This document shows, piece by piece, positions 11,090-22,970 of a stretch of 64,000 nucleotides of DNA. The stretch is from assembly GCA_963728405.1 (NCBI GenBank), contig CAVSJV010000007.1:305817-369816 (forward strand). Direction: 5' to 3'. Positions within the stretch are counted from its first letter, which is position 1. Each line of letters opens with the position of its first letter. The stretch comes from Methanomassiliicoccaceae archaeon. GTDB lineage: Archaea; Thermoplasmatota; Thermoplasmata; Methanomassiliicoccales; Methanomassiliicoccaceae. The position numbers were made by a program, and so were the translations under genes. The notes under the pieces were generated by a model. That model saw only the letters and a list, made by a program, of their open reading frames with translations, was not told the DNA's origin and searched no databases.

Positions 11090-11611
11090 GTGAACACGGG
11101 GTTAACAACTAGTCAATCCAACTATCCTGCCCGGCTGGAGAAGGCCAAGGATCTGGCGGATATCTTCGAGATCGTCAAGGACGCAGTGCACGCTCAGCTC
11201 GGTCTGTCCCGAGGGGGCCTTATGCTGGGAATCGCTGAGCTCGGCGGGGACCCCCAGTCCTGGATCGGCGGGTTCTATCCGGTCGCTACCAACATCATCG
11301 TCATGAACAAGGGGCCGATGAACCGTATCAGGGCCGAGCAGCCCGAGCTGTATAAGCCGTACTGCTTTCACATCCTCCTGCACGAGTATGTCCACACCGT
11401 CGGTTACATGGACGAGGCGCTGACCCGGCAGCGTTCGCTGGAAATCAGCGAGAAGCTGTTCGGAAAGGACCATCTGGCCACCCGGATGGCCGCGGACATC
11501 GGTCAGTTCTTTCCCTACCTGACATATGAGCTGCCGATCAAACCGCCAGAGGACCTGAACATGGAGCTGGTCAAGGGCTTTGACCGTTCCTGCGCCAGCT
11601 ATATCTTCTGA
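11090..11611 (+). CDS. Hypothetical zincin-like protein
   Basis: HExxH motif (LLHEYVH); host-like codon usage. Confidence 0.65.
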   Translation: MNTGLTTSQSNYPARLEKAKDLADIFEIVKDAVHAQLGLSRGGLMLGIAELGGDPQSWIGGFYPVATNIIVMNKGPMNRIRAEQPELYKPYCFHILLHEYVHTVGYMDEALTRQRSLEISEKLFGKDHLATRMAADIGQFFPYLTYELPIKPPEDLNMELVKGFDRSCASYIF

Positions 11612-11628
11612 ATTGCTTCCTTGACTCG

Positions 11629-11669
11629 GGCCGGGGGTGCGCTCGCACCCCCGGCCGCCTTGTTTTTTT
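11629..11669 (+). terminator. Hairpin plus U-tract terminator
   Basis: GGCCGGGGGTGC-GCTC-GCACCCCCGGCC, a perfect 12-bp stem followed by TTGTTTTTTT. Confidence 0.75.
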
Positions 11670-11773
11670 GCTCACAGCAATAGCAGCAGCGTCCAGTCCG
11701 GCCGATAGATGGCAGTTCTGCCGCTAGGCTGAGGAAAATGGGAAGGGCCAGTGGCCCATAAAAGGAATGGGTT

Positions 11774-12406
11774 TCAGCTCAGCTGGGCGTCCGGAGCAGG
11801 AACCGAGAAGGCCACATTGCCGGAGATCTTTTGGATCTTGACCTTCAGGCGGGTGCCCTTCGATGCGCCGGGCACATAGATGATGTACTTGTCGAGCTTG
11901 GCCACGCCGTCGCCCTTACGGCCGACGTCCTCGACCATGACCTCATACACGCCGCCTTCTTTGATGCCCTCTTTCTCCGTTACCTTGGTGAACTTGCGCA
12001 CGTTGACCGGGCGGTGGGCTCCACAGGCTTCGCATTCCAGGACCAGGATGCGTCCTTCCTTGTTGATCTTAGTATCGGGTCTTCCGCACTCCGAACATAG
12101 TACGAAGGTCTCGGTGTAGTTCAAGATCCGGTCGGCGATCTGGGCTGGGGTGAGCTTGGCCTTAAGGATGAGCCTCTGTCCTTCGATGAAACCGGGTGTC
12201 CCCAGTTCCCGCAGCAGGTACTGCAGCAGGTGGTCCGGCTCCCGGCGCAAAGCATCGATTATCTGACCGAAGTTACGGACCGTGGTCACCTTCCCTTCCA
12301 GGAAGATGTCCGCCTCGGGTACCTTGAACCTCTCGTGCTTTTCGATGGTCTCGGGCAGACTGATTTTGGCCCGCTCTAGTAAGGATAAGTAATCGTCATC
12401 AGGCAT
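11774..12406 (-). CDS. eif2b: Translation initiation factor aIF2 beta with C-terminal TRAM domain
   Basis: CSECGRPDT and CEACGA Zn ribbon; GRKGDGVAK TRAM motif. Confidence 0.93.
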   Translation of the reverse strand: MPDDDYLSLLERAKISLPETIEKHERFKVPEADIFLEGKVTTVRNFGQIIDALRREPDHLLQYLLRELGTPGFIEGQRLILKAKLTPAQIADRILNYTETFVLCSECGRPDTKINKEGRILVLECEACGAHRPVNVRKFTKVTEKEGIKEGGVYEVMVEDVGRKGDGVAKLDKYIIYVPGASKGTRLKVKIQKISGNVAFSVPAPDAQLS

Positions 12407-12449
12407 GATATCATCCTCTCAAGCGGCTCCGCTAATATAAACCTAGCTG

Positions 12450-12926
12450 TCAGCTGGAAAGCGCCTTGAACATTCGAACCGTTCTGACCAGATCGCCGTT
12501 GGGATTGACATCCTCCGATTCGGAAGATCGGAGGTAACCCAGGTGGAGATACCACTCGATGTTGCGGGGCTGCGAGGACCGTACCTTTAACCAGATAACA
12601 TCCTGTCCCGTCCGCTGGGCCTCATCCTCCAGCCACCTGACCATGGCGGTCCCGACACCTCGCCCCTGCTCCTTGCCACGGACGGCCAACCGGTGGAAGT
12701 AGAGGCCGTTCTTGATCAGATAGCGAACTGAACCGATCGCTTCTCCGTCCTGAAAGCACAGGGTAGCGCTCTCTCCGCTCTCCATCTTCTCTCTGATCGA
12801 ACCTGCGGTCTCGCTCAGCGCAGAGGTTGGGGGAACATCACACTGGTACTTTTCGAAAGCATCGATCATGATGGCGTGGACCATCCCAGCCTCGTCCACC
12901 ATTGCCCGCCTTATGAGTAGCGACAT
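12450..12926 (-). CDS. GNAT-family N-acetyltransferase
   Basis: RLAV...QGRGVG acetyl-CoA motif; likely start MSLLIRRA. Confidence 0.8.
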   Translation of the reverse strand: MSLLIRRAMVDEAGMVHAIMIDAFEKYQCDVPPTSALSETAGSIREKMESGESATLCFQDGEAIGSVRYLIKNGLYFHRLAVRGKEQGRGVGTAMVRWLEDEAQRTGQDVIWLKVRSSQPRNIEWYLHLGYLRSSESEDVNPNGDLVRTVRMFKALSS

Positions 12927-12954
12927 TTCACCTCGAAAGGAAATGGAAGAGGGT

Positions 12955-14601
12955 TCAGAGGTCGTGCTTGTTGGCCTGCCTCTGCTTGTATTCCAGCGCC
13001 GCTTTGACCAGTCCAACGTGCAGGGGAGACGGCTTGCGAGGCCGTGACTTGAATTCTGGGTGGAACTGCGAGGCCACAAAATAGGGATGTCCCCTCAGCT
13101 CGCCGATCTCCATCTTGATGCCGTCCTCCGATTTACCGGTAAAGATCCATCCGCAACCTTCCAGCTGCTCGATGAACTCTGGATTGACTTCAAAACGGTG
13201 GCGATGGCGTTCCATTATCTCCGAAGCGCCATAGAGCTCCTTGGCCATCGAGCCGTCCTTGATCAGGACCTTCTGCGCTCCCAGACGCATGGAGCCGCCC
13301 TTGCTGGTCACGCCCTTTTGCTCCGGCAACAGATCTACCACTGGATACTTAGTCTGGGGATCCAGCTCGGTGGTATGTGCGCCCTCCAAGCCGAGAACAT
13401 CCCTGGCGATCTCGATAGTGGCGATCTGGAAGCCTAGACAGACTCCCAGGAAAGGTATGTTCTTCTCCCGGGCGTGCTTGGCGGTCATGATCTTACCGTC
13501 GATGCCCCTGCTTCCGAACCCGCCGGGTATAAGGATGGCATCCACGCAGGCCAGCTCCTTGTTGACGCCGTCCTGCTCTACCTTCTCTGAGTCAAAGAAG
13601 CGGCACTCGACCTTGGTCCCCAGCTCGGCGCCGGCATGATGGAACGCTTCCAGATGTGAAAGATAAGAATCGGCTAGGTGAGTGTACTTGCCTACGATGG
13701 CGATGCGGACGGTGTTGGCCGGGTACAGTATTCGGTCCAGATACTCCCTCCACTGGCTGAGGTCCTTGGTCTGCGTATCGATCCCCAGTCGTTTCAGGAT
13801 GTAGTCGGTGAGGCCCTGTTCTTCGAGGATGATCGGTACCTCGTAGATCGATTTGGCATCGGGGGCGGAGACGACCGCTTCCAGCGGCACGTCGCAGAAC
13901 AGCGATATCTTGCGCTTGATGGAATACTCCAAGGTCTCGCAAGCCCTTGCCACGATCACATCCGGCTGGATACCGATGGCCCGCAGCTCCTTAACGGAGT
14001 GCTGGGTCGGCTTGGTCTTCTGCTCGCCGACAGTTCCCAGCATGGGGACCAATGTCGTGTGAACGAAGATGCAGTTCTGGCCGCGCCCCATCTCAGTGTT
14101 CATCTGGCGGACCGCCTCCAGGAAGGGCATGGACTCGATGTCGCCGACAGTCCCGCCAAGCTCAACGATGCATACGTCGCATTCGGACCGCTCGGCCACG
14201 GTCATAATGCGATGCTTGATCTCATTGGTTATGTGGGGGATGATCTGCACGGTCTTGCCGAGATACTCGCCCACCCTCTCCTTATCGATGACCGCGCGGT
14301 ACACCTTGCCCGTGGTGATGTTATGATCGCTGCTGAGGCTTATGTCTAGGAATCTTTCATAGTTGCCGAGGTCCAGATCGACCTCGCCGCCATCGTCCAG
14401 TACGAACACCTCGCCGTGCTCGAACGGGTTCATGGTTCCAGCGTCAATGTTGAGGTATGGATCGATCTTGATAGCGGTGACCTTGAGACCACGTGATTTC
14501 AGAAGGCGGCCGATCGAGGATGCTGTGATCCCCTTTCCTAAGCCAGAAATGACCCCACCAGTGACGAAAATATATTTCATCGTCTCCATGGGATTCGACA
14601 A
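12955..14601 (-). CDS. pyrG: CTP synthase
   Basis: [46 protein letters not shown]. Confidence 0.98.
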   Translation of the reverse strand: MSNPMETMKYIFVTGGVISGLGKGITASSIGRLLKSRGLKVTAIKIDPYLNIDAGTMNPFEHGEVFVLDDGGEVDLDLGNYERFLDISLSSDHNITTGKVYRAVIDKERVGEYLGKTVQIIPHITNEIKHRIMTVAERSECDVCIVELGGTVGDIESMPFLEAVRQMNTEMGRGQNCIFVHTTLVPMLGTVGEQKTKPTQHSVKELRAIGIQPDVIVARACETLEYSIKRKISLFCDVPLEAVVSAPDAKSIYEVPIILEEQGLTDYILKRLGIDTQTKDLSQWREYLDRILYPANTVRIAIVGKYTHLADSYLSHLEAFHHAGAELGTKVECRFFDSEKVEQDGVNKELACVDAILIPGGFGSRGIDGKIMTAKHAREKNIPFLGVCLGFQIATIEIARDVLGLEGAHTTELDPQTKYPVVDLLPEQKGVTSKGGSMRLGAQKVLIKDGSMAKELYGASEIMERHRHRFEVNPEFIEQLEGCGWIFTGKSEDGIKMEIGELRGHPYFVASQFHPEFKSRPRKPSPLHVGLVKAALEYKQRQANKHDL

Positions 14602-14825
14602 TAAGCCTGTTAGGTATTTAGCGTTTCCTGAGGTAATCGAAAAGAGACTCTGGATATATAAATTTCCAAAATGTTATTCAAAATAGCTTAAGCTGATTAA
14701 TAGAAAAATGAAAGAAATGACAGTGACGTTCGATGCAATTTGTTTTGGTGCTTAAAATCCTACCTGGAATTGGGCAGGAAGAGGCAACGATTGCCTTTCC
14801 TTGCTTCTACTTTGTTAATTACGTT

Positions 14826-16285
14826 AGGAGGTGATCCATCTGCAGGTTCCCCTACAGATACCTTGTGACGACTTAACCTACCTTGTCTAATCTAAGGTTC
14901 GTCCCCAATGAGAGACATCTTCACCAAAACAAACTCGGTTGGTTTGACGGGCAGTGTGTGCAAGAGACAGTGACATATTCACCGTTCGCTGATAACAAAC
15001 GATTACTACGGATTCCAGTGTCACGAGGCTGGGTTGCAAACCTCGATCTGGACTGAGATGGACTTTAAGGGATTGGCTTCACCTTTCGGTGTTGCATCCC
15101 ATTGTATCCCCATTGACGCGCGCGTGTTGCCCAGGGGATTCGGGCTGTACTCACCTAACGTAGCCCGCACTTTCATCCTGTTACCAAGGCAATCTGCATA
15201 TATGTGCGCCCACTCCGGAGAAGACTAGTAAATAATACATGAGGGTCTTGCCTGTTACCTGATTTAACAGGTCACCTCACGGCACAGGCTGACGTCGGCC
15301 ATGCAACTCCTCTCAGCGTGTCAGGTAAGCCCTTCAGACTGACCTTCATTCTGCTGTCGCTCCTGGTGAGGTTCACGGTGTAGAATCTAATTGAACCGCA
15401 CGCGTCACCCGTTGTAGTGTCTCCCCGCCAATTCCTTTAAGTTTCGGCCTTGCGACTATACTTCCCAGGTAGCACACTCTTCGGCTTCCCTTCAGCACGA
15501 AACCTCTCGAGGAGGTACTGATGTTTAGTGTGCAGTGTTTACTGCTAGGACTACAGGGGTATCTAATCCCTTTTGCGCCCCTAGCCTTCATCCCTCACTG
15601 TCAGAACTGTTCTCGTAAGATGCCTTCGCTATTGTTAGTCCGTCCAGGATTAACACATTTTACCGCTACTCCAGAACGTACTTCTTACGTCTCCCAGTCT
15701 CTAGCTCCGCAGTACTTCCTGCCCGCCCGACACTTGAGACATGCCAGATTTCACAAGAGACTTAGAAGACAAGCTACGGATGTTTTAGACCCAATAAAAA
15801 TGGCTGCGACTTGGACCGCGGGTATTACCGCGGCGGCTGGCACTCGTCTTACCCAGTCCTTATTCGCCAATTTTTTAGACTTGGCAAAAGCTTCACAAAG
15901 TGCAAGCACTCTGGCTCAATACTGTCACGCTTTCGCGCATTGCGAAGTATTCCCAACTGCTGCACCCCGTAGGGCTGGGAATAGTGTCTCAGATTCCCTC
16001 TCAGGGCCTCTCCGCTAAGAGCCCTTACGGATCACGGGCTGGTGGGCCATTACCCCGCCAACAACCTAATCCGCCGCAGCCCCATCCTTAGGCACGAGTT
16101 TGAGAGATAAATCATTCCAGGTTAGATTCTATCAGGTATTATCCTCAGTTTCCCGAGGTTATCCCTGACCTAAGGGTAGGTTAGCTACGTGTTACTGAGC
16201 AGTTCGCCGAGACCTTACCGTCTCTCGACTCGCATGTCTTAATCGTATTCCAATAGCGGTGGCCGCCGGCAGGATCAACCGGAAT
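14826..16285 (-). rRNA. rrs: 16S rRNA (archaeal), not linked to 23S
   Basis: 5' ATTCCGGTTGATCCTGCCGG, CAGCCGCCGCGGTAATAC, AAACTTAAAGGAATTGGCGG, 3' GGATCACCTCCT. Confidence 0.99.
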
Positions 16286-16589
16286 CCATTCCTTAAGCAA
16301 CAGAAGTTGCCGTCAGGACACACTTATAGGTTGGCAGGATTCTAAGTTTCACCAGCGTAACCACGCTGTGATATTATTCCTATTTCTTGCATTAATTGGG
16401 TTACATTGCATCGAACTGTCAGAACCAAGAGAGCACGCGTAGATGATTACGCGGAGATCTTAGTTCTCCATGTCATTATCCGAAGCTTTTGATACGATCG
16501 CATCATAGCCGGCCTTTCGACCGTCGCTCTGGACCGTCCCATTGCTTCAGTTGCTGTCTAACGCAGCTTTCCCTCAAATACAGATGTTG

Positions 16590-16816
16590 TATATAAGCAT
16601 TTGTATGCTCGGGTTCTGCGTCATGCACAGATGTGTATGTTATTCTTCCACATCCGGGCCCTTCCACCTAAAACCGAAGTCATATATAAGGGTTTTCATA
16701 CTTGATGAAAGCCCTTTTGACCCCGATTACAGTGTATGGGAGATATGTGTTCTTAGTGATTCCATATCTCACAGCTAATTCACACTTAAAACGCTATCAT
16801 ATATAAACTTTACTGT
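16590..16816 (-). promoter_or_regulatory. Three tandem BRE/TATA promoters upstream of 16S
   Basis: Minus-strand aaatgCTTATATA (16590-97), aaaaccCTTATATA (16683-90), gtaaagTTTATATA (16800-07). Confidence 0.65.
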
Positions 16817-17117
16817 AGTCCTGCGGCGCCTGTAGATTCTTAGACCGCAGATAAGAGGCACTGCATTGTTTTCCGGCCCGGTTACGCCGGCTTGAGCAGT
16901 TACAGAGTTATCGATCATATTGCGCTTAAACCTTTGAGATATCTGAAGAGATATGCCTTTCCTACGGCCGAGATTATATCATAATATATAGTTGCGGAGG
17001 GGAACCGATTCATTGTATAATGGGGATCGTTCGATGAATGGCGGCCCCTACTATCTATGGCCTCAGAAAGTAGCCACAAAAAAGTTTAAAAGGGGCGTAT
17101 CATTGTGTGCCATCAAA

Positions 17118-17204
17118 GCGGAGGTGGCCCAGCTCGGTAAGGCGCAGGATTGCTAATCCTGTGACCTCACGGTCTCGGGGGTTCAAATCCCCCCCTTCGC
17201 GCCA
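17118..17204 (+). tRNA. tRNA-Ser(GCT), CCA encoded; integration target
   Basis: Cloverleaf; CAGGA-TTGCTAA-TCCTG anticodon arm; long variable arm; G73. Confidence 0.97.
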
Positions 17205-18237
17205 CTATACATATCCACTCACCTCGAATCTGGATTCAATTTTGCGGTTTTTTAGCATCTGGGTAGCTCATTTTGCCATGAGAGAGCTGCTGAGCTTCCC
17301 TGTTAGCGACCTCTTGCTGCTTGCGGCAGTACATACGTTTCTGTGGTCTTCGTCGTCGCGTAGCCCACATGACCGAAACGGAATTCAGGCCCATATTCTG
17401 ATCTATGTTCATCTGCCCGAAAGTCCTCCGGCAATCCGTAGGTCGAACTTGATGCTTGTTTCGCTCTCGACGAGCCGTTTTAGCTTCTCTATGCCATCGG
17501 TCGAGAAGTGGCCGCCCTCCTGGTCCATCGTGGCTGGAAAGGGGGCCTGGTTCATCGGACATTTCTTCTCGATGTGTTTCTTCCTCGCTCGGAGATGTCT
17601 GGTTAATAGTTCGTGGGCCTGTTGGTCTGATGGCGACCATCCTGGGCTCCCCATAGCTACCCTCGCCCTTAAACGTGCTCGACATAGATGACCCAATCCT
17701 GGGTATCCAGGTCGCCCACATTACTGAGGCGCAGACTCCTTAAACCGCAGGCTTAGAACATGGGGCTAGGACCAGGTTATCGAATATGCTTTTATCCTAG
17801 TCCAGTCCGTTCCCTCTACAGTCTTGGCCTCCGCAATGATTCGGTGGAAAATTCCCCTGCCTTCATCGGTGGCAACATTCCAGGTGCTCTTCTTCGGCCT
17901 TGCTTCGGGGATATCTTACCTTGCACTGCTGGACCGCTCGTATTTCCGACGAACTGAAGCACGACTATCCAGACACTGTAATGTTGTGGCTGATGGCCGT
18001 TCCTTTCAGACCCTCTGGCTTTTGTTGAGAGCCGATATATTGCAGAATATCCTCGGCGGATATCTTCTGCGGGTCGTAGGAAGAAATTTTGCCATTGCCG
18101 TACAGCGCGTTCTCAAATCCTTTTCCATCCGTCGGTATCTCCTTCGAACCTCTACCATCGTGGATTCGGCGTACACAGTTCCCGATCACAGCGAGGTATT
18201 TCTTCGCCTTCTGGGTCAAGAAGGGATATCGGACCAT
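17205..18237 (-). pseudogene. Tyrosine recombinase/integrase, heavily frameshifted
   Basis: Pieces MVRYPF, SYDPQKISAEDI, KGEGSYGEPRMV, CRRTFGQ, ATTKTTE; colinear with the tRNA-Ala integrase. Confidence 0.8.
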
Positions 18238-19239
18238 ATCCGCGCTCCTCCTTTCCCTGCCAGCCCCGCTATTGACCACGGAAGGTTCCTTGCCGCAAGG
18301 CTGACGCCGGGCATTTGAACACTCGGAGCCAGGAATGAACGTCCTCGGTAATGAGCAGCCTGTTTCCGCGTTCGTTGAGCCTAGAATATCCTCTAAATTA
18401 TGTACATCGGTATCATTGACACTTACCACTATCGTCCGGACTCCTAACCACCGGGATCACGAGCACCATTTTCTCAGAATATAATTATGCCTTTCAGACG
18501 CAGGGCAATCTTTCTTGTGGTGGTAGACTTGATTAGTGGTAGTGTTACGCCGGAGATTAGCTCAACACGGTGAGTTGTTTATCTAGAGATAGTTGGGGGT
18601 GGTATGTAATTCGTTTGTTGGGTTGTGATGGTGCTTCTCAGGCTAGGTCCAGGCCGGATTTTTGGTTGTACGGAGAATCCGACTCGGACACTTAAAAACC
18701 TGGACATGATTATCAATTGTTTGCGAAATTGGCGGTCGGCAACGGTGGGCTCACTTAGTTTTCCGATAATTGGGCAAGCCAATCTCCCAAACGATGTACA
18801 TCGCCAATAATGCTAAGAACAATTACCAGATAGGAACCCAACCAAGAGTCCAGAGGCCGCATCATCCAGCTGGGGCTCGAAGTCAGATTATCAGTACAAC
18901 CATTATCGAGGTAGTAGCCATGACCTCAATTATGTACGATTTTAGCTTGGTCGAGTCACCTTCGGTCTGTTCCTTGGTCAGTGTTACCTTTGTGTTTGCG
19001 ATAGGCATCAATGGTCAATCTGCTAGGAAAACTAACCATCTTCCCGGACCCATAGATGAATGCAAACAGGGATGCGGCGATGATGCTCTCTGAATGATTG
19101 CCGTTTCCGCAATAAGCGTACTCATGAGGCTTGGTGTTTTATCGCAAGGAGCGAAATAGGGGTTTGCTAACATGGGTTGTTAAAAAAAAAGGTCGATATT
19201 GACCCCCCGAATATTTGGGTCTGAGTTAGGACCGTTCTT

Positions 19240-19661
19240 TATGGAATCCATGTCACCTGAGCAATCCCAAAGGAAGTCGATTCCTTGAGCACTTGTCCAT
19301 TCATCGAGACGATTTGTACTGTAATCCAACTCATTGACCCAATACTGGAGATGGCATTCAGCCACCACAGGGTTGCTCGTTGAGGACCTCGTGAATACTA
19401 CACAGTCTTTTCGCCGCTGCCGATCCACGTGTTCATGCCCCCCTGGTCGCCGTAAACTCCTGACCAGCTACCCGTGCATTTGACCACAATCTTCACCTGT
19501 TTGCTATTCGCTGCGCTCGCCAGCGATATAACAAGGATAGCAACAACGAGAATGGCAATAAGGCCGATGACAATCTTGTTCGAGTCTGCTTCTTTGAGAG
19601 AACCTTTCTTCTGAGGATATGGTGACTCTCGATTTTGAGGCCGTAGTGGTTGGTTCTCCAA
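19240..19661 (-). pseudogene. Small membrane-anchored hypothetical protein, frameshifted; 3' end approximate
   Basis: One TM helix followed by KIVVKCTGSWSGVYG. Confidence 0.45.
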
Positions 19662-20010
19662 TTATATCCTCGGTATCCGAAATATATCTGACGGTATAAA
19701 GATACCGAACCGATTTTCTCAACTAACAATCTCAAGTCGCTGGCACCTCTGACCGTTTGAGCCCTGTGGGTGGCCCTACGCCCGATGTTAGTGGAATATT
19801 CATCAAGGCGTAGGAAGTCCTCGTCGTTTATCCAAACGAGCCCGCCGACCTCGCCGCTGCACTGGCAGGCCATCCCGTGTCTTACGGCCCTTGGGGGCCC
19901 GTGGGGCTGCATCACATGGAAAGAGCATACTTTGACCCAGGATGGAAAGTCAGGATAAGTGATACGCTAAGACCGGTCTAAGGGCCGAGCGACCTCAAGC
20001 GTTCAAAGCT

Positions 20011-20794
20011 CTACTTCCCCATCAGGTATGCTCTCATTCGTTCGTAGAATGCAATGGAGGGCACCTCTATAACCGCCCCATCAACGGGGTCCATGATAAT
20101 CTCGAACTCCGACGATATGGTCACCAGATCGCTATCGGTGTTCAATTTCTCGCTGGGCATGCGAAGACATGAGGCTGGAGAGTCCTGTCCACCTGGTTCT
20201 TAAGAGCCATGCCAATATCCTTATTGCTACGAAATGGCCGGGGGTAGGGCAAAGATTGAATTACGGCCCCCCGGGTTGCGTACCGGGGTCGGTTTGTTCG
20301 CACTCAGATATGGCATCCTTCAGCTCCTTTAGTCGTCCAGCATCGAGGTCAAAAGGCGGGTCCTGCCAATCTATGCTGCCATCTGACTCTTTTGGATTCA
20401 CTAGGTCGATCAAATTCTTGACCTGCTCCTGCTGAACCGGGTTAATCGCCTCAGGGGCGATATCAGAAAGAAATGGCAACTGAGCCCTGGTGCCGATAAT
20501 GCTCATGTCCTCGTTGACGCCGTTATTGGCCAGACTGACTTAGGGCATCGCCAGGTAGATGCCCTTCTTCCCGTCCGCAGACGATAAGGGAGCCGGATGC
20601 GGGGATTGCTAACGATATTGGCTATGACTTTCTTCGATGCCCAGGTTGGCGGAGCGCAGATGGCCCACCATACCGTAGCGTTCAGGCGAAAGAACAAACC
20701 TGCCCCTACCCACAACAGCTATGGCCACAGGCGATTTCATAGAACCGAGGACATAAGACCCCGGAACGGGCGGCCAAGGGGATTGAAGCATCAT
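20011..20794 (-). CDS. Stand-alone MtrA-like corrinoid protein with MtrB-like C-terminal segment; several indels
   Basis: Joined frames read WPPVPGSY..SPVAI..ANLGIEKVIANIVSNPRIR.LIVCGREEGHLPG..NGV..IIG...LPF; tail LVTISSEFEIIMDPVDG. Confidence 0.8.
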
Positions 20795-20863
20795 GGATAA
20801 ACTTCGGATGGTAATCGTTCTACATGCCAATAAATCCACAGTGAATGGGCGGGTTTCTTCAGA

Positions 20864-21228
20864 TTACTCCTTCTTCTCCATCTCGACTTTATCGCCTCAA
20901 ACCCTTCCTCTACATTTGAGAATATGGTTGAAGCCATGGCGAATCTTGCAGTGAGAACTGCCTCACCGATCTCCCTGTTCGTCAATCCCATGTGTTTGCC
21001 TACCTTGATGAAATACTCGCTGCATTGCTTGTTCTGCAGAGCCGCCGCCACAGAGATCATTATGAGCTGTTTGTATTTTGGTGGGATTTCAGGCAAGCTC
21101 ATAACGAATTTTCCTTCTTGCGCTTGGCGCTCGATCCATTCCGGCATTACTTTTGAGGTGAGGATCAGAGGATTGCATACCTCTCCGCTGTTCTTTCCCA
21201 TCTCTCTCAAAATCTTATCAGCGTCCAT
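20864..21228 (-). CDS. Carboxymuconolactone decarboxylase/AhpD-like protein
   Basis: IPPKYKQLIMISVAAAL...C...G.T.REIGEAV; probable true stop at 20864 after restoring one base (..EMEKKE*). Confidence 0.75.
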
Positions 21229-21465
21229 GAGAGATCAATGAGATCAAGATGCTAAAGTAAGCTAGCATGATGGCTAACTGCCATCACTGCTCTTTCTTCT
21301 TTCAGATCTTATTAATGAATAAGCATCAACCTATCCATCTGGATTCGAAGTAGATAGGTGCCACAAAGGAATTAGGAGAGAATCGAATATTCCACAAACC
21401 ATAGTAAGGAATAATGACATATGACATTGTTCCCCTTAACTATCAAACAGCCCCAATGGTGAACC

Positions 21466-22040
21466 ATGAGGATAGGCATACTAGGCTGCGATGCACTTCG
21501 GAACGAGATCGAGGTCATCACTGCGGGCGACCCAGAGGTCTGCCGTGAATATCTGGAGTTCGGGCTCCATTTACATGCGGACAATTTAAAGCAGATCATC
21601 TTGGAAAAATCGGAATCGTTGCCTTGTCCAGGTCGATGTGTTTTTCCTTGGCTATGGTCACTGCCGCGCTTAAGGCCTTCCGGAACAATTCAAGGTTCCG
21701 GTGGTGATGATGGAGCGTGGACTGCATCGCCGCCCTGCTGACGACCGAGAGGTACCACGCTGAGAAGCATAATGGTGGGATCACATGGTTCTATCCAGCC
21801 GGCTGGGCAAAATATGGGGTGCCAGGCATCATTTAACTATTCGAACTGGACCGTATCGGCTCCGAGGACTATCCTCCTGAATACTTCCTCAAGATGATGT
21901 TCGACGGCTTTTCCAGGTGCCTGTTCATCGACAACGGCGTGGACTGTGCCGAGCAGTGCCGGAAGAACCTGCAAGCAGTTCGCCGGGATCCTTGGGCTTA
22001 GGCGTGAGCGAACGAGCGGGTCAATCACACCTAATTCAAG
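21466..22040 (+). CDS. DUF1638-family protein, multiply frameshifted; 3' end approximate
   Basis: GILGC..L..E, LEFGLH, LGYGHC, DCIAALL, TWFYPAGW, MFDGFSRCLFID. Confidence 0.7.
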
Positions 22041-22354
22041 ACGCTTGGCTCAATACTTAAGCTAGAGCAAAGGGCGCTCGAACATGTGGACAGAGCAGAA
22101 ATTTTAGGGCGCGACTAAAGAGGTTTGTTGCAGTACGCACAGGTATCACGGTATTGTGGGTTGCCTCGCTTACAGGGGCACTGCTTCTGCTGATCTGACC
22201 GAATAAGAAGGGGTGTCCACACTCCGAGCACCTCGCAGCTGCCTCATCGCTCTTGGCATGACATGCGGTGCACTCCTTCAAGTTCTATCCCCTCTTCCAG
22301 CATAATGAACCTTCTGAGTCTCCAATAAGAGAGTAATTTCCCTTATGCCATTAG

Positions 22355-22970
22355 TTACACACTCGGGGTCGTGGACAGAGCTGGCTGCTCAGCCCTCAAT
22401 CTGAAGAACGCTATCGCCAGCAGTATCATTGCCACCCACAGCAGAATTAAGCCTATGAGTATTATCGTTAGTATTGCTCCAATCAGGAGAATCAGTCCGC
22501 TTGTAGCAAACATGGCGATACCAGTTCTCTGAGCAAGCGTTCTTAACGATTTTCTTATAAAATACGCGGCCAAGACGGTTAGTGCAAACAGAATGACCAA
22601 GGCTCCGATCATTGCCGCGAAGTAAGGCGCCAATGCATCATAGTTCAGGTTATTCCAGTCTATTCCCTGCCAAGCAGCCGGGTCAGACCAACTAGACATC
22701 GAGAGACCGATCTGCGTTAGCGCACCAGCAGCGGCGATACCGATTATAACGGCGGCGATCACAACACCCACGACAAATATAATGACGCCGTTTAGCACGT
22801 TTTTTGAAGATACTTCGATCTTTGTAGTAATCTGCCAAGCCATGGAAGGCAACCAACAATAGCACCAGGCCAACTAATCCCAGAACATTACCGGATGAAC
22901 CGCCAATCGGGCTAAAGACCATAAAGAGGGCCCCAATTAATCCGAATATTTTGCTTGTCTCAAGGGACAC
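22355..22970 (-). CDS. DUF996-family membrane protein; one frameshift near 22800
   Basis: KIFGLIGALF, LADYYKDRSIF, TGIAMFATSG, ILLAIAFF. Confidence 0.75.

Noticed and set aside
14826-16285. ORFs at 15034-16091
   Set aside because: They lie inside the 16S rRNA gene; spurious
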